From contig NC_043011.1 of assembly GCF_006345805.1 (NCBI RefSeq), positions 11,718,001-11,782,000 of the forward strand: DNA of 64,000 bases. Reading direction: 5' to 3'. Origin of the DNA: Octopus sinensis (Eukaryota). The notes under the pieces are model-generated. The model was not told where the DNA came from and searched no databases. It was given only the letters and a program-made list of their open reading frames with translations. Both the position numbers and the translations under genes were made by a program. Position 1 is the stretch's first letter. Every line of letters starts with the position of its first letter. Below are positions 1 through 11,420 of the stretch, piece after piece.

Positions 1-875
1 ATTAATTTTGTTGGATTTTAAATGTATCAAACAGGGGGAAAATATACTTAGTGAGAATTGTTTATATCTAGGTCTTTTTTTTTTTATATAGCTAGTTTAC
101 AGTTATATATTATTTTGATCTTATAAATGCTAAAATTTAAGTTAAAAAAACGAATGTAAGAAGCGAAATAGATTATAACTCTTCTATATGGTTGAAAGGA
201 TAAAGCGACTATGTAATGGGTAGGTTTATTCTGGTGGAAAAACATTCTGAAATACGAAACAACTCCTGCCACAAGCATTTTGGATAAAGAATTATCAAAT
301 ATATTGCAGAAAATAGTGACTTGTTGAGGAAGTGTTTTGCAAATTTTCTTAATGCGTTTTCATTGTATGACTGAGAAACATGAAAATAAAAAGATGACTA
401 ACAATGATAAAGAGGATAAAAAAAAAGAAAAAAGAAAAGGAAGGTGGGTGTTGAGAAGCGAAACATTATTTCATTCATTTCGGGCACATCTACCATAACA
501 CAGTTTATTAGTAGAGAACTAGTTTCGCGGTACAATAAAAATCAAGAATTAAATTACTATTACATTTCGTATGGAAAGTTTTAAAATTCTATGTTTTAAA
601 CTAAAAACTATAGACGAGTTATTCGCCTTCTTCTGATAATTATATTTGTGTATAATGAAAATTATGAATAACACATTTATGAAGTTGCTCAAGATCTTCT
701 GGTTTCAGTCCAGATATTGGAAACAGTTGATCCAAATACAATTGAATGAATTACTTAAAATAAGTTAAAGGGAAAAGTTGTATTGTCACATTTTATTAAA
801 ATGTTTTTTTTTAAAATCAAAATGCTAAAAACTATATAATTTCACGTTATGTCATTTTATGTTTTCAATATAATA

Positions 876-1215
876 ACATCATGTGAAGGCGCATGGCTCA
901 ATGGTTAGAGTGTCGAGCTTACGATCATAAGGTTGTGTGTTCGAATCTCGGATGGGCTGCGTGTTGTGTTCTTGAGCAAGACACTTTATTTCACGTTGCT
1001 CCAGTTCACTCAGCTGTAGAAATGAGTTGCGACGTCACAGGTGCCAAGCTGTATCGGCCCCTTTGCCTTTCCCTTGGATAACACTGGTGGCGTGGAGATG
1101 GAAGGCCGGTATGCATGGGCGACTGTTGGTCTTCCATAAACAACCTTGCCCAGACTTGTGTCTGGGAGGGTAACTTTCTAGGTGCAATTCCACGGTCAGT
1201 CATGACCGAAGGAAG
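876..1215 (+). mobile_element. tRNA-derived SINE (family D)
   Basis: Pol III A box (tggctcaatggttag) and B box (gttcgaatc), followed by a gtgttcttgagcaagacacttt core typical of invertebrate SINE central domains. Confidence 0.8.
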
Positions 1216-1510
1216 TCTCTCAATAATAACATCGCTTTTCTACTTTAACACACATTTATAAACTACAACACTTTTAATATTCTAATGAGAACTAATTTCC
1301 TAAATCTTTAAAGTTTTAATATTTACTATAAATTGATTAATTGCTGATTTTACCAACTATTTTTTCTATCTATTGTTTTCGACAAATGTTTTGATCAACT
1401 GTTCCTGAGCAAACTGCCCGCATAACATATTTTCTAAAGCCTTAAATTGCATTTTAAAAAATCTGCTGCAAACCGTTTCAGAATAACTGGTCTATAAGAT
1501 AAAAATTGCA

Positions 1511-1777
1511 TACTCTTTACTCTTTTTACTTGTTTCAGTCATTTGACTGTGACCATGCTGGAGCACCACCTTTTAGTCGAGCAAATCGACCCTAGGACTT
1601 ATCCTTTGTAAGCCTAGTACTTATTCTATCGGTCTCTTTTGCCGAACCGCTAAGTTACGGGGACGTAAGCACACCAGCATCGGTTGTCAAGCGATGTTGG
1701 GGGGACAAACACAGACACACAACACACACACACACACACACACACACAACACACACAACACACACACACACACACAC

Positions 1778-1831
<54 letters not shown>

Positions 1832-1990
1832 TACGACGGGCTTCTTTCAGTTTCCGTCTACCAAATCCACTCACAAGGCTTTGGTCGGCTATAGTAGAAG
1901 ACACCTGCCCAAGGTGCCACGCAGTGGGACTGAACCCGGAACCATGTGGTTGGTAAGCAAGCTACTTACCACACAGCCACTCCTACGCCT
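1511..1990 (-). mobile_element. SINE family A with internal microsatellite, full length
   Basis: Minus-strand head aggcgtaggagtggctgtgtggtaag, internal (TA)n/(TG)n tract, 3' tail ending aagtaaaaagagtaaagag; more than 10 homologous copies in this window. Confidence 0.9.
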
Positions 1991-2169
1991 GAGAACAATT
2001 TGTAAAATTTCTTGTGGTTGAGTTGTATCAAGAGTTGACTTTACCTTCAACTTTTCTCTGCTGTATTTAATAAGTAAATTAGAGTTCAACATTTTTATTC
2101 TTATTACTCATACACTATCAATGTTTGATGGCTAGTTCTATCTCCAGGAGAATAAAACAGAAATTACTT

Positions 2170-2560
2170 TTTACATACGATGCTGGCCCATTATATATGT
2201 AGAGGGTTTGTTGGACACAGCGTGAGACGACTGTTGTTATCGCTAGGCCTAACTCATCGTAAAGTCAATACCACCATGACTGATATCCAATCTACAGTGG
2301 AGAAGGCTAGCCGCTGGATTTGGTTAAAAAGAGACGATGAGCGATGGCTAGAAGTATATTAAGTTCTTCATAACCAGCTGATCTAGCAAGCGGGGCCTCA
2401 TATCAGTGAGGGGAGGGGCGGTACGCGTTGATGCCGTCGAGAGGTAGGCCCCGAAACGGCGCGCATTCTCTCCTGATGACCCCATACACTTGCTAGCTTC
2501 CGGTATACGGAGCTTTTAACTGGTAGCACTTGCATGTGCAAGTTGTTTGCAAGACATTTT
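2170..2560 (+). mobile_element. 3' end of an RLE-type non-LTR retrotransposon (HERO-like), with 3' UTR
   Basis: Translation CRGFVGHSVRRLLLSLGL...VEKASRWIWLKR resembles, from recall, the C-terminus of HERO restriction-like endonuclease ORFs; stop codon at 2362 followed by a GC-rich structured UTR. Confidence 0.7.
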
Positions 2561-2960
2561 TCCTTCGAAAATTTTCTATTCAAAAATTTTCGCCTTTTGC
2601 AACCTTGCCAATGAATGTTGACGAGGTTACAAAAGGCGACGAAAATTTTGGAAGAAAAAATACAAAAAATGAATGAGTGGAAATCGAACCGGTGAGTGTG
2701 TTAAATAACAAGGCATTAAGACAATGCAACTCTCCCCAGATAAACATAATTTGCTTCAACACACAAATTCACATAAAGATTTTGCAAACCAGATATAAAA
2801 ACCATTATATCGGGATAGTCTGTTAACCATTTCCCCACATTTACATAAACGCAGTTATGTAAAGTTCAGAATCTAATTGTTTGCGAGACAGCAAAACACT
2901 ATACCTGTTACTTAAAATCTGCTTGCGTAATATCGTAAATTAAATGTATACGTCTATGTA

Positions 2961-3710
2961 TACGAGGGGGTACTCAAAAGTAATAGGAAATGTTCTCTGT
3001 GGGACAAGCCAGTTGTAGTTCAGATTTCAGCTGCTAGAAACCATTTAATGCGACCCTCAGGCATCAGTCTGCCGACCGGCATCATTTGCTGAGGTCTTAC
3101 TGCCACGAGGTGCGTCATTGTTTTGCAGTACTTCACCTCTGTTCGTCGATTTTTGCGATGGCTGAAACGAAGGAACAGTGTGCTTCCGTGAAATTCTGTT
3201 TTCTTCTGAGGAAATCGACAGCCAGAAGAGTTGTCATGCTTCAAACAGCTCACAAGGACGCTGCCATGACAAAAACGAGTGGTTTTCACGCTTTAGGAAT
3301 GGGCACTTGTTGCTTGAAGCCCAAACTGGTCCAGGGCAATCGTCGAACCTCCTGAACGAATGAAAACATCAAGAAAATTCATGAACCGATCTTGGACGAC
3401 TGTCACCGAACAGTTGACGAACTTGTTGATATGACTGGAGCTCCTGTCAACTAATATTGAGAGAGGAATTGCGAATGAAAAGAGTTGCATAAAAATTTGC
3501 GTCTCACTTGCTCATGGAAGGTCAAAAAAGTAGTCACGACTGAATGCATGTCGTGAATTGAAAGAATAGTTGGAAATTGATCTGGAGCTTTTTTCGAAGG
3601 TCATCACTCGTGAAAGCTGGTGCTACGGTTACGACCCGGAAAGGAAGCAACAATCAAATCAATGGAAGCATTCAATGTTACCGTGCCCCCCAAAGAGCGC
3701 TGAATGGGAA
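2961..3710 (+). mobile_element. Degenerate mariner transposon
   Basis: TA+CGAGGGGG TIR start; MAETKEQCASVKFCFLLRKS HTH; EWFSRFRNG; later KVIT..SWCYGYDPE..KQQS DDE segment; frameshifted. Confidence 0.85.
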
Positions 3711-3928
3711 GTTGCAATAGTTATGTCTTTGCTAAAAATTACAATGTAGTGAAGTGTAGCGAACTCATTGACAATAGAATCTATTTGCTATTAAAACATG
3801 AACTAGCCTGTTCAAATTTTTAGATCAAACTGGGAATCGAAATTAGGTTCCATACATTCAGTTGCCCAGAATTTTTCTCACATATATAGACTCCCAAATT
3901 TTTAGAAAGAATAAAGAATATAACATAC

Positions 3929-4456
3929 CCGAGAGGAACTGTGCTTCATCAGTGGTTTCTTTTGCTGTTACAATCACCCAATCACTTGGAAGGATAAAAA
4001 TTTGTTTGTGAGAATTTCTTACGTACATTTGAGGCTTGGGTATAATTCTTTCAGCTGCCTTCTTTTGATGCAGTTCTGATAGTAATATGTTTAGACCATA
4101 ACGTTCACTTGGGGAATAAGGGTGGAATTTATCCCAAGTACCTCCTCGTTTGTACTGGTCGGGCTTCTTAAAAGGTTTCACGAATTTTAAGCTTTCACCA
4201 GCTGTACTTTTTAGAACACGCGATTTTACGTTATTGGATTTCACATACCAGTTTGGCATTACGTCAGTTTTGGACACTGACCAGTTCTCGCCCCAGTATC
4301 GTATCTTGAATAACTGACCTGGATAAATCGGTTTGAAGTTTTTTGTTACAGATAATTCGTATAGGCAACCCTGCGTGTGTTTAAACATTACACCATAGGT
4401 TTTGTCCAAATCAGTTGAAGCTATTCTCATGATGTTGCAGAAGTAGATTTTCCATT
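3929..4456 (-). CDS. Exon of chitobiase-type GH20 beta-N-acetylhexosaminidase (CHB_HEX domain into GH20b)
   Basis: WKIYFCN...YWGENWSVSKTDVMPNWYV...RVLKSTAGESLKFVKPF..PDQYKR...ERY..IIPKP matches the N-terminal carbohydrate-binding domain motifs of bacterial-type chitobiases. AG acceptor at 4458-4457 after a polypyrimidine tract, GTATGT donor at 3928; 528 nt, phase 1-1. Confidence 0.9.
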
Positions 4457-4564
4457 CTTTATGTGATAAAAAAACAGAAAAGAGAAGAAAATAAACCAAG
4501 AATCTTTAACAAAAGAAAAGAATGAATGGAAACAGACAGCCATGTGCTTGTATGAAGAGGGAAT

Positions 4565-4752
4565 ATACTTACTCTTTACTCTTTTACTTGTTTCAGTCAT
4601 TTGACTGCGGCCATGCTGCAGCACCGCCTTTAGTCGAGCAAATCGACCCCGGGACTTATTCTTTTTAAGCCCAGTACTTATTCTATCGGTCTCTGTTTGC
4701 TGAACCGCTAAGTGACGGGGACGTAAACACACCAGCATCGGTTGTCAAGCAA
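4565..4752 (-). mobile_element. SINE family A, 3' half
   Basis: Matches the 3' half of the copy at 1511-1990. Confidence 0.85.
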
Positions 4753-4754
4753 TG

Positions 4755-5170
4755 CAATCAACCTCCACCATTGACGTGAAAATTCAACAAGCTTGAGAGG
4801 TTCAAAATCATTCATGGTTCTGCATACTAAATCATCCACGACAACTTCGCTTCTGTAGACTCTGTGCGAGATGGGGGTCAAGAGAGCTTACCGAAGCGCA
4901 TATGTAGATCTGTTAACGTTTACTCCATCGCTACAACTATGAAGACGAAGCTGTTTGGGGGAGAATAGTCACGGGAAATGAGATCTGGGTCTAACACTCT
5001 GAGCCAGAATCAAAAGGCAAAGTATGGAGTGGCAACATCCGGAAATGCCTGCGGGAAAGAAATTCAAGACTCAACGTTCTGCAGTAAAAGTGATGTTAAC
5101 CAGTTTTTTTGGAACGCGTTTTTGGAAATATTACTTGTAAAATATACCTACAGTCACCAGTATAGGCTAC
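4755..5170 (+). mobile_element. Mariner transposase fragment
   Basis: Frameshifted CARW..RIVTGNEIWV.HSEPESK..KFKTQRSAVKVMLTSFFW-like segment. Confidence 0.7.
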
Positions 5171-5302
5171 GGTGAAATACTGGCGTATAAGCACTGCATG
5201 TATAAGTATATGCAGTACATATAAGTATATGCATGTGCATGTATGTATATATGTGAATATGCATGAGTACGTATATGCTACATAGCATGAATATTACAAA
5301 TG

Positions 5303-5713
5303 GGATCTTTTCGGTTTGAACGGCAGTTTTTTCTAGCGGCATCATATGAAATTGTCACCCATAATTATGACCCTAGTATCGATCTATTGCATTTCATCTA
5401 TTTTAGGGTTAGGGTTAGGGGTGGGGGAAGGGTATCTTTTTTTCTTCACAAATGTAAATAAACCCAATCTGTTTCTTAAACGAGGGACATATTCATACGG
5501 CACAGAATGTTTTTGACCTCAATGGACGTCATTGATTGGTTGAAATTGCAGAAATTGAAGAAAAAAACAACAACAAATATCTTACAAGCAATAGAATTTT
5601 CTCAATAAAGCCAAGAGAAAAGGATGTTTTATAAACACATTCTACCAGTATACGAAGTTTAAAATTTTTAGTTACCTAGAAATTATGTTAAAAACTGCCA
5701 TTCAAACCGAAAA
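5303..5713. mobile_element. MITE (Merlin-like), right TIR clipped
   Basis: Left TIR ggatcttttcggtttgaacggcagtttt; homologous to 26546-26945 and 60627-61039. Confidence 0.85.
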
Positions 5714-5768
5714 ATGAATATATTCATAAAAATGACAACTGGAGCCAATTATCAACCTAATTACTTAC

Positions 5769-5933
5769 CTCCTTGAAGAACAGTTTTAAACCCATGGTTG
5801 ATTAAAGTTAGTTCCACTTCATAAAAAAACTGGTTCTTTTCCGGACTGTTGTGTAGAACTTCGTATTGGATTTCAACAAAGTCAGCAATGTAGTCGATAT
5901 CTGATTGCTTTAGCTGATACCCTTCCCAATCAA
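5769..5933 (-). CDS. Exon of GH20 gene, start of CHB_HEX domain
   Basis: atttcag acceptor, GTAAGT donor at 5768, 165 nt, phase 1-1. Translates DWEGYQLKQSDIDYIADFVEIQYEVLHN...YEVELTLINHGFKTVLQG and joins in frame to (E)WKIYFCN. Confidence 0.88.
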
Positions 5934-6126
5934 CTGAAATTCAAATGTTTGAGAACCTCAACCACCAAATACTTTATTATTTCAACACAGCGCAACTAAA
6001 ACACAAAAAGGACAATAAATGTGCAGTAAAAGCGTGAAACCCCTTTTATACATCCACAGCAAAATTAATTCTGGCGTAGCGTCCTTTGAAGGCGAATTAA
6101 CCTCCCTTCGTTTATCTGCTGCTTAC

Positions 6127-6138
6127 GAACAGAGATAT
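6127..6138 (-). CDS. Candidate 12-nt microexon (D-I-S-V-L linker)
   Basis: cttcaaatttcag|atatctctgttc|gtaagc; frame-preserving phase 1-1 between the CBM14 and CHB_HEX exons. Confidence 0.5.
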
Positions 6139-6399
6139 CTGAAATTTGAAGCACACGACCTGGATTACTGCAATGATGTACCTGATATCCTGAAACCAGT
6201 GCATTTTCGCTTCAATTTTCATACTCATTGCCAAGAAAGAAGAGGAGCAAAAAGATAGAAGAGAATACGAGAACGAAAAAGAACGAGAAGGAGAAAAGAA
6301 ATTGGAGAATAAAAGAGAGGGAGAGAGGGAGACAGAGAAGAGGAGAAAAGGGAGAAAAAGAAGGCGAAGACGAAAAAGAAACTCAAGTAGCAACAGCAG

Positions 6400-6433
6400 C
6401 AATAACAGCAGCAGCAGTATCAGTAACAGCAGC

Positions 6434-6483
<50 letters not shown>

Positions 6484-6544
6484 TAGTAGTAGAAGAAGAA
6501 GAAGAAGAAGAAGAAGAAGATAATAATAATAATAATAATAATAA

Positions 6545-6575
<31 letters not shown>

Positions 6576-6690
6576 AAGAAGAAGAGAAGAAGAAGAAGAA
6601 GAAGAAGAAGAAGAAGAAGAGAAGAAGAAGAAGAAGAAGAAGAAGAAGAAGAAGAAGAAGAAGAAGAAAAGGAGGGAAAGAGGAAGCAAA
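6400..6690. repeat. Compound trinucleotide microsatellite (GCA/GTA/GAA/TAA/GAA)n
   Basis: Directly visible; intronic. Confidence 0.95.
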
Positions 6691-6800
6691 AGAAATGAGA
6701 CACAAAAAATCCTGGAGAGTGAACGGAAGAGAGAGTGTGTATAATGCAACAGATATAAGAGAGGAAACTGAAGCTTTGAGGTAAAAAGAATGTTCCTTAC

Positions 6801-7076
6801 CAGAAGACTGACAGTCATTAGATGAATCGGAAACATTAACACAAACGTGCTTCTGTAAACTGAAGACTTGTCCAACGGGACAGGTAGGTAAAGCCCGTGC
6901 CTCTGTCCCGGTGCACTGAAAGACATTTCGGCAGTCAGATGGCATTCTTAGGAATCCCTCGAAGTTCTTGCAAAGATCACCGATTTCTGTAATGTTACCC
7001 AATATAAACGGTAACGGTGCTGCGTGGGACGTCTGTCCATTTATATAGCAAATGAATAAAACCGCCAACCAGATCG
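6801..7076 (-). CDS. Exon encoding signal peptide core and CBM14 (peritrophin-A) chitin-binding domain
   Basis: ctctccacag acceptor, GTAAGG donor at 6800, 276 nt, phase 1-1. Hydrophobic IWLAVLFICYING followed by six Cys spaced C-x12-C-x5-C-x10-C-x12-C-x9-C, with the CPxGxxF motif. Confidence 0.9.
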
Positions 7077-7092
7077 CTGTGGAGAGAAAGAG

Positions 7093-7207
<115 letters not shown>

Positions 7208-7314
7208 GAAAAGTAGAATAAATAATGATACAATAGAAAAGAAAGCAAACGATTATTAGCCATAAAAGCGTCAGCTGATATCAATGTTTACAATATTTAG
7301 TTACTGAGATACAA

Positions 7315-7620
7315 GTGGAGGCAATGGCCTAGTGGTTAGAGCAGCAGACATGCGGTCGAGGGATCGCCGGTTCGAATCTCAGACCGGGCGATGTGTGTGT
7401 TTATGAGCGAAAACACCTAAGCTCCACGCGGCCCCGGCAGAAGGTAATGGTGAAACTTCTGCTGACTCTTTCGCCACAACTTTCTCTCACTCTTTCCTCC
7501 TGCATTTTGCAGCTCACCTGCGACGGACCGGCATCCCGTCCAGGTGGGGAACCTATACGCCAAGAAACCGGGAAACCAGCCCTTATGAGCCAGGCAGGGC
7601 TCGAGAAGGAACAAACAAAC
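7315..7620 (+). mobile_element. tRNA-derived SINE family B (tail type 1)
   Basis: A box tggcctagtggttag, B box gttcgaatc, core ccacaactttctctcactctt, (AAAC)n tail; copies at 21911-22206 and 40732-41036. Confidence 0.9.
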
Positions 7621-8369
7621 TGACATACAAACATTAGATGATTCACAAATGAAATATGCTGGCGTGAGATCCAAGTCCCTCCCTAATTGTATTTGAAGTA
7701 TAAAATGAAATTAACATAGATTAGGGTTCGTTGCGAGTACTCAACTTGTTCCCTCTTTACAATGAGTTTTTCACATCAGTGAAAAGACAAGCATATAGAA
7801 ATATGCATTTTCGAAAGACTGTCACCCAAGAAGAACTGGACGCAAGGAGATTAAACAATACATTAAGGTTATTAAATCAATCACAAGAAGTGAGACAAGA
7901 GAGGCGAGTGCAAGAAGACAGGCCCGAAGACGTCAAAATGAAAAGGAGCACCTAATTGCACAAAGGAGAGATATCCAAAGAGAGAGAGAGAGAGAGAGAG
8001 AGAGCAGCACAAAACGCCAGGATGAAACAGAAGAGCAAGCAGCAGCAATGAGGAGAGGATATCTAAGAACGAGAGCTTCGCAAAGGCGACAAGAGGGAAC
8101 GGAAAAAGGGAGAAACACAAAGGAGAGAAATCGAAAGAGAAAGAACATCGAGGAGAAGAATTGAAGAATAATGGTTAATACTGAAACGGACCATCCAAAA
8201 CAAGGCGAACTCATTGCTGGTAGGGCTTTCACTAGAAACGTGGCATTGAAGCAATTACTGAGATAAAGGTTGTAATGGTTTTATTTTAATTTTATTTTCC
8301 GTATCATTTTCATGCCGTCATTTCTGACTGCACAGGCACACTAGTATATATATATATATATATATATAT

Positions 8370-8490
8370 TGGCCTGCTCGCTTAGCCAGCGGGGTGGCGT
8401 CATTCGAAGGCTAAAACAATGCGAACGCATTGTGACCAGCGATGTGTAACAACATCTGATGGTCTGGTCGGTCACCTGATCACATGATAT
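8370..8490 (+). mobile_element. Isolated 3' tail of SINE family B (tail type 3)
   Basis: Matches 63438-63555. Confidence 0.75.
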
Positions 8491-8536
<46 letters not shown>

Positions 8537-8556
8537 ATATATATATATATATATAT

Positions 8557-8599
<43 letters not shown>

Positions 8600-8677
8600 A
8601 ATATATATATATATATACCTTTAGAGGTATTTTTAATATGCTGGCCATTGATATAATCTTTTTCGAAAAATTCTGTC

Positions 8678-8767
<90 letters not shown>

Positions 8768-8774
8768 ATATATA

Positions 8775-9190
8775 CAGCCTCCTAAACAAGGTAGGACTCC
8801 TCTTCAAAAAAGATGGCTACCTCACAGGAAACCCCATGAGGGTAAGGGAAATTCCGAACGAACAGTTCCAAAGTGTGTTCACTACACCGCTGGAACACAG
8901 GCAAGTGAACAAACCAGCGGAATTCTTTGCGACATTACTTAAAACCAAAGAGGTTAAAAAAATTGAGTACATAAACATTGAAGAAGAAGATGTAATACTG
9001 GTCATAGATGAGGTTGACACAAACTCAGCGGCTGACCCGGATGGGTTTCCAGCGGTCCCACACAAATTATGCAAGCGAACTCTTACAAAACCACTGCAGC
9101 TTCTCTTCCAGAGCTTCCTTGCAAGTGGTAAGCTCCCAGACAAACTAAAGGAAGGGATAATACGCCCTATCTATAAGGGAGGTCATGGCC
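8775..9190 (+). mobile_element. CR1-group LINE ORF2 fragment (pre-RT region)
   Basis: NEQFQSVFT...SAADPDGFP...[34 protein letters not shown]. Confidence 0.85.
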
Positions 9191-9420
9191 AATGAGGGTG
9201 GAAGATATTAAGCGACTAGAATCCTTCGATCACCTCTGTCTACTCCGCATCCTTCGTGTCCGATTGCATCACTTTGTCTCCAACAATTCGGTGCGACATC
9301 AGTGCAGAATCACCTTCCTCCGACAAGTCATCCTAACGAGACGTCTGCGTTGGCTGGGTCATACCCTCCGTCGTCAACCAGGAGAATTCATCTACGAAGC
9401 AATTGCCCCAGCTCCTCTTC
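9190..9420 (+). mobile_element. RTE-clade LINE C-terminal fragment
   Basis: KRLESFDHLCLLRILRV...ILTRRLRWLGHTLR. Confidence 0.8.
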
Positions 9421-10060
9421 AGCCTGTCCCAGTAGCTGAGCTGTTGCAAAGCGATGATCTTCTTTCTGAAGCTTCGCTGGATTACTTCAAGGTCCGCTGA
9501 AGTGTACCCTGTAAGTTTCATATTCAGTTTTGGACGCTGGTAGCACAGGTTTGGGAATTTTTGAGCATTAAACTTCATATTATTATCCTCAGCACATCTG
9601 TAAATTGAGTCCAACGCCTGCTGTATGTGTGCAACATCGCTGGGGTTCTGTATTTCCTGCGAGACTTTCGTATCATCTGCATAGCTTGCCAGAGTGGCTA
9701 TCCGGGCATTTGAGGGCATATCTGAGAGGACCACTATAAAAAGCAGTGGTCTCAAGACGGTGCCCTGTGGAATACCGCTCACTATTTGTGTGTTCATAGA
9801 GGTGGCTCCATTAGCCACGACTGCCTGACTTCTATCTTTCAGGAAGTCGTGTAACCACTCTCCAAGTTTTCCAGCTATGCCGAGATCACGCAGTTTGTGG
9901 CATATCATACCATGATCCACTTCATCAAAAGCTTTTGCAAAATCAAGGTATATTACGTCTACATTTGAGTTGTTGAGTAACTTTCTCAACACCCAGTCAT
10001 AATGTTGTAAGAGCTGGGTCAGGCAACTCCTACCTGGTCGAAAGCGTTGGGTATTATCTC
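9420..10060 (-). mobile_element. CR1-group LINE reverse transcriptase fragment
   Basis: FRPGRSCLTQLL, VIYLDFAKAFD, SGIPQGTVLRPLLF and YADDTK motifs. Confidence 0.92.
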
Positions 10061-10543
10061 AAGGTGTTTCGTCTGTTTTCTTTTTCGCATGCTGGTTCTA
10101 CAGGAGTATTAGTTTTGGTACTGGCACATCGAATATTTCGCAGAATACTTTCATGGGAATTTCTTCCTGATCTTGAGTATGTCTCTTCCTTAGTTGGTTT
10201 ATATTTCTCTTATGTTCACTGTGTGATCCTTTAATTAGATAAATCATACTGCTAATTTTTTACTGGTAACAAATTCTTTACTGTTTCTATAGGTTCTGAA
10301 ATGCCCTTTATCTCGACGTATTTTATTGGCCCTTTCGTATTTCCTTTACATCTTTTTTTTCTCTGGTAATAGCTTATCAAAAATGGATTCTGTTCTACTT
10401 GTGAACATCAATTCTATGTGGGACTTACCTGAATTTGTACCTCAATAGCCTACAGAGAAAATTAATTGAGATACTTTTATTTGGCTGTTTTTCGAAGGCA
10501 TTCATGCATTAAAGAACGTGAGGTCCCAAGGAATGAGGGTATG

Positions 10544-10597
<54 letters not shown>

Positions 10598-10619
10598 CTG
10601 GTTTGACAGATACCATGGG

Positions 10620-11420
10620 TGGTTTTCTCCATTTATGGGGTCCGTGCCTCTGTTGTTGAAGATGAGGCTACCGTTTTATTAAAAGGTCTCTGTTGTTGCT
10701 GTTGCCGTTGTTGAGGGTACGATGTAGGCTGCAGGTGTGCCGCGTACCACCTAATGTTTTGGGTCAGAAGGCTCTCAGGTGGCTCGTGGCCCCACAGATG
10801 TCACAACTGGGCTTCCGGTCTTCCATCACGACATGCGACGACGCGCAGTTCCACCTTGTTAGGCATCTGTATCAGGTCCAGGATCTTCTCGATATTTTCT
10901 GGTTTCACATGGATTAATATTTCCAATTTGATCTCGCACCAGTTCTCCCTGCTGCTCCTTTTTACCTTCAGGAATGACTCGTGTCCCGTACCGCATAGGC
11001 GACCATCCACTAGACATTTACGCCCGGTGACACATCATTTACCCTAGTTCTGGTCGTTCTCTTTGAGAGATAGGTAGGATACAGGACCCACTCCTCAGTC
11101 AACTGGGGTGATACTCGTGTCTTCATGCAAGGTCCTCGTTTTTAAAGATGACCTCAATGCTTGTGAATTGTCTCCCTCTCTGTATATGGGCCACATCTAT
11201 TAAAATTTCTCTGAGAGCCTTCTCAAAATGTCTGTTGGAGGACATTTCAGCTCTCCGACTTTTGCGCGATGTGCATCTGAAGTATACTGTCTTCTCTTAA
11301 GCCTCTATTATTTCTGGAGGTACGAGCACTGCAGTCTCACCCCACTCAAATTTAATGATGTCTTTCACTTTTGACAGTTCACGTGTTTTGTTATCGAATG
11401 TGGTAGCAAACATTTCTCTC
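10620..11420 (-). mobile_element. Degenerate LINE ORF1 (L1/Tx1-like, CCHC knuckle)
   Basis: RKPSCDICGATSHLRAF* knuckle and a W.LYPTY motif similar to the copy at 61921-62750; many stops. Confidence 0.6.

Noticed and set aside
84-278. Possible next GH20 exon after an atttcag acceptor near 250 on the minus strand
   Set aside because: The required phase-1 frame hits a stop after about 12 codons and shows no GH20b similarity.
878-960. tRNA genes at SINE heads (also 7315, 17697, 40732, 63265)
   Set aside because: A and B boxes are present, but there is no complete cloverleaf or acceptor stem, and each continues into a SINE body.
6228-6703. Long ORFs of poly-E/K/R/S/L
   Set aside because: These are translations of an intronic trinucleotide microsatellite; only the 6801-7076 part of the 390-aa ORF is a real exon.
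7731-8160. R/E/Q-rich ORF reminiscent of Helitron N-terminal repeats
   Set aside because: Low complexity and no diagnostic Rep or helicase motif.
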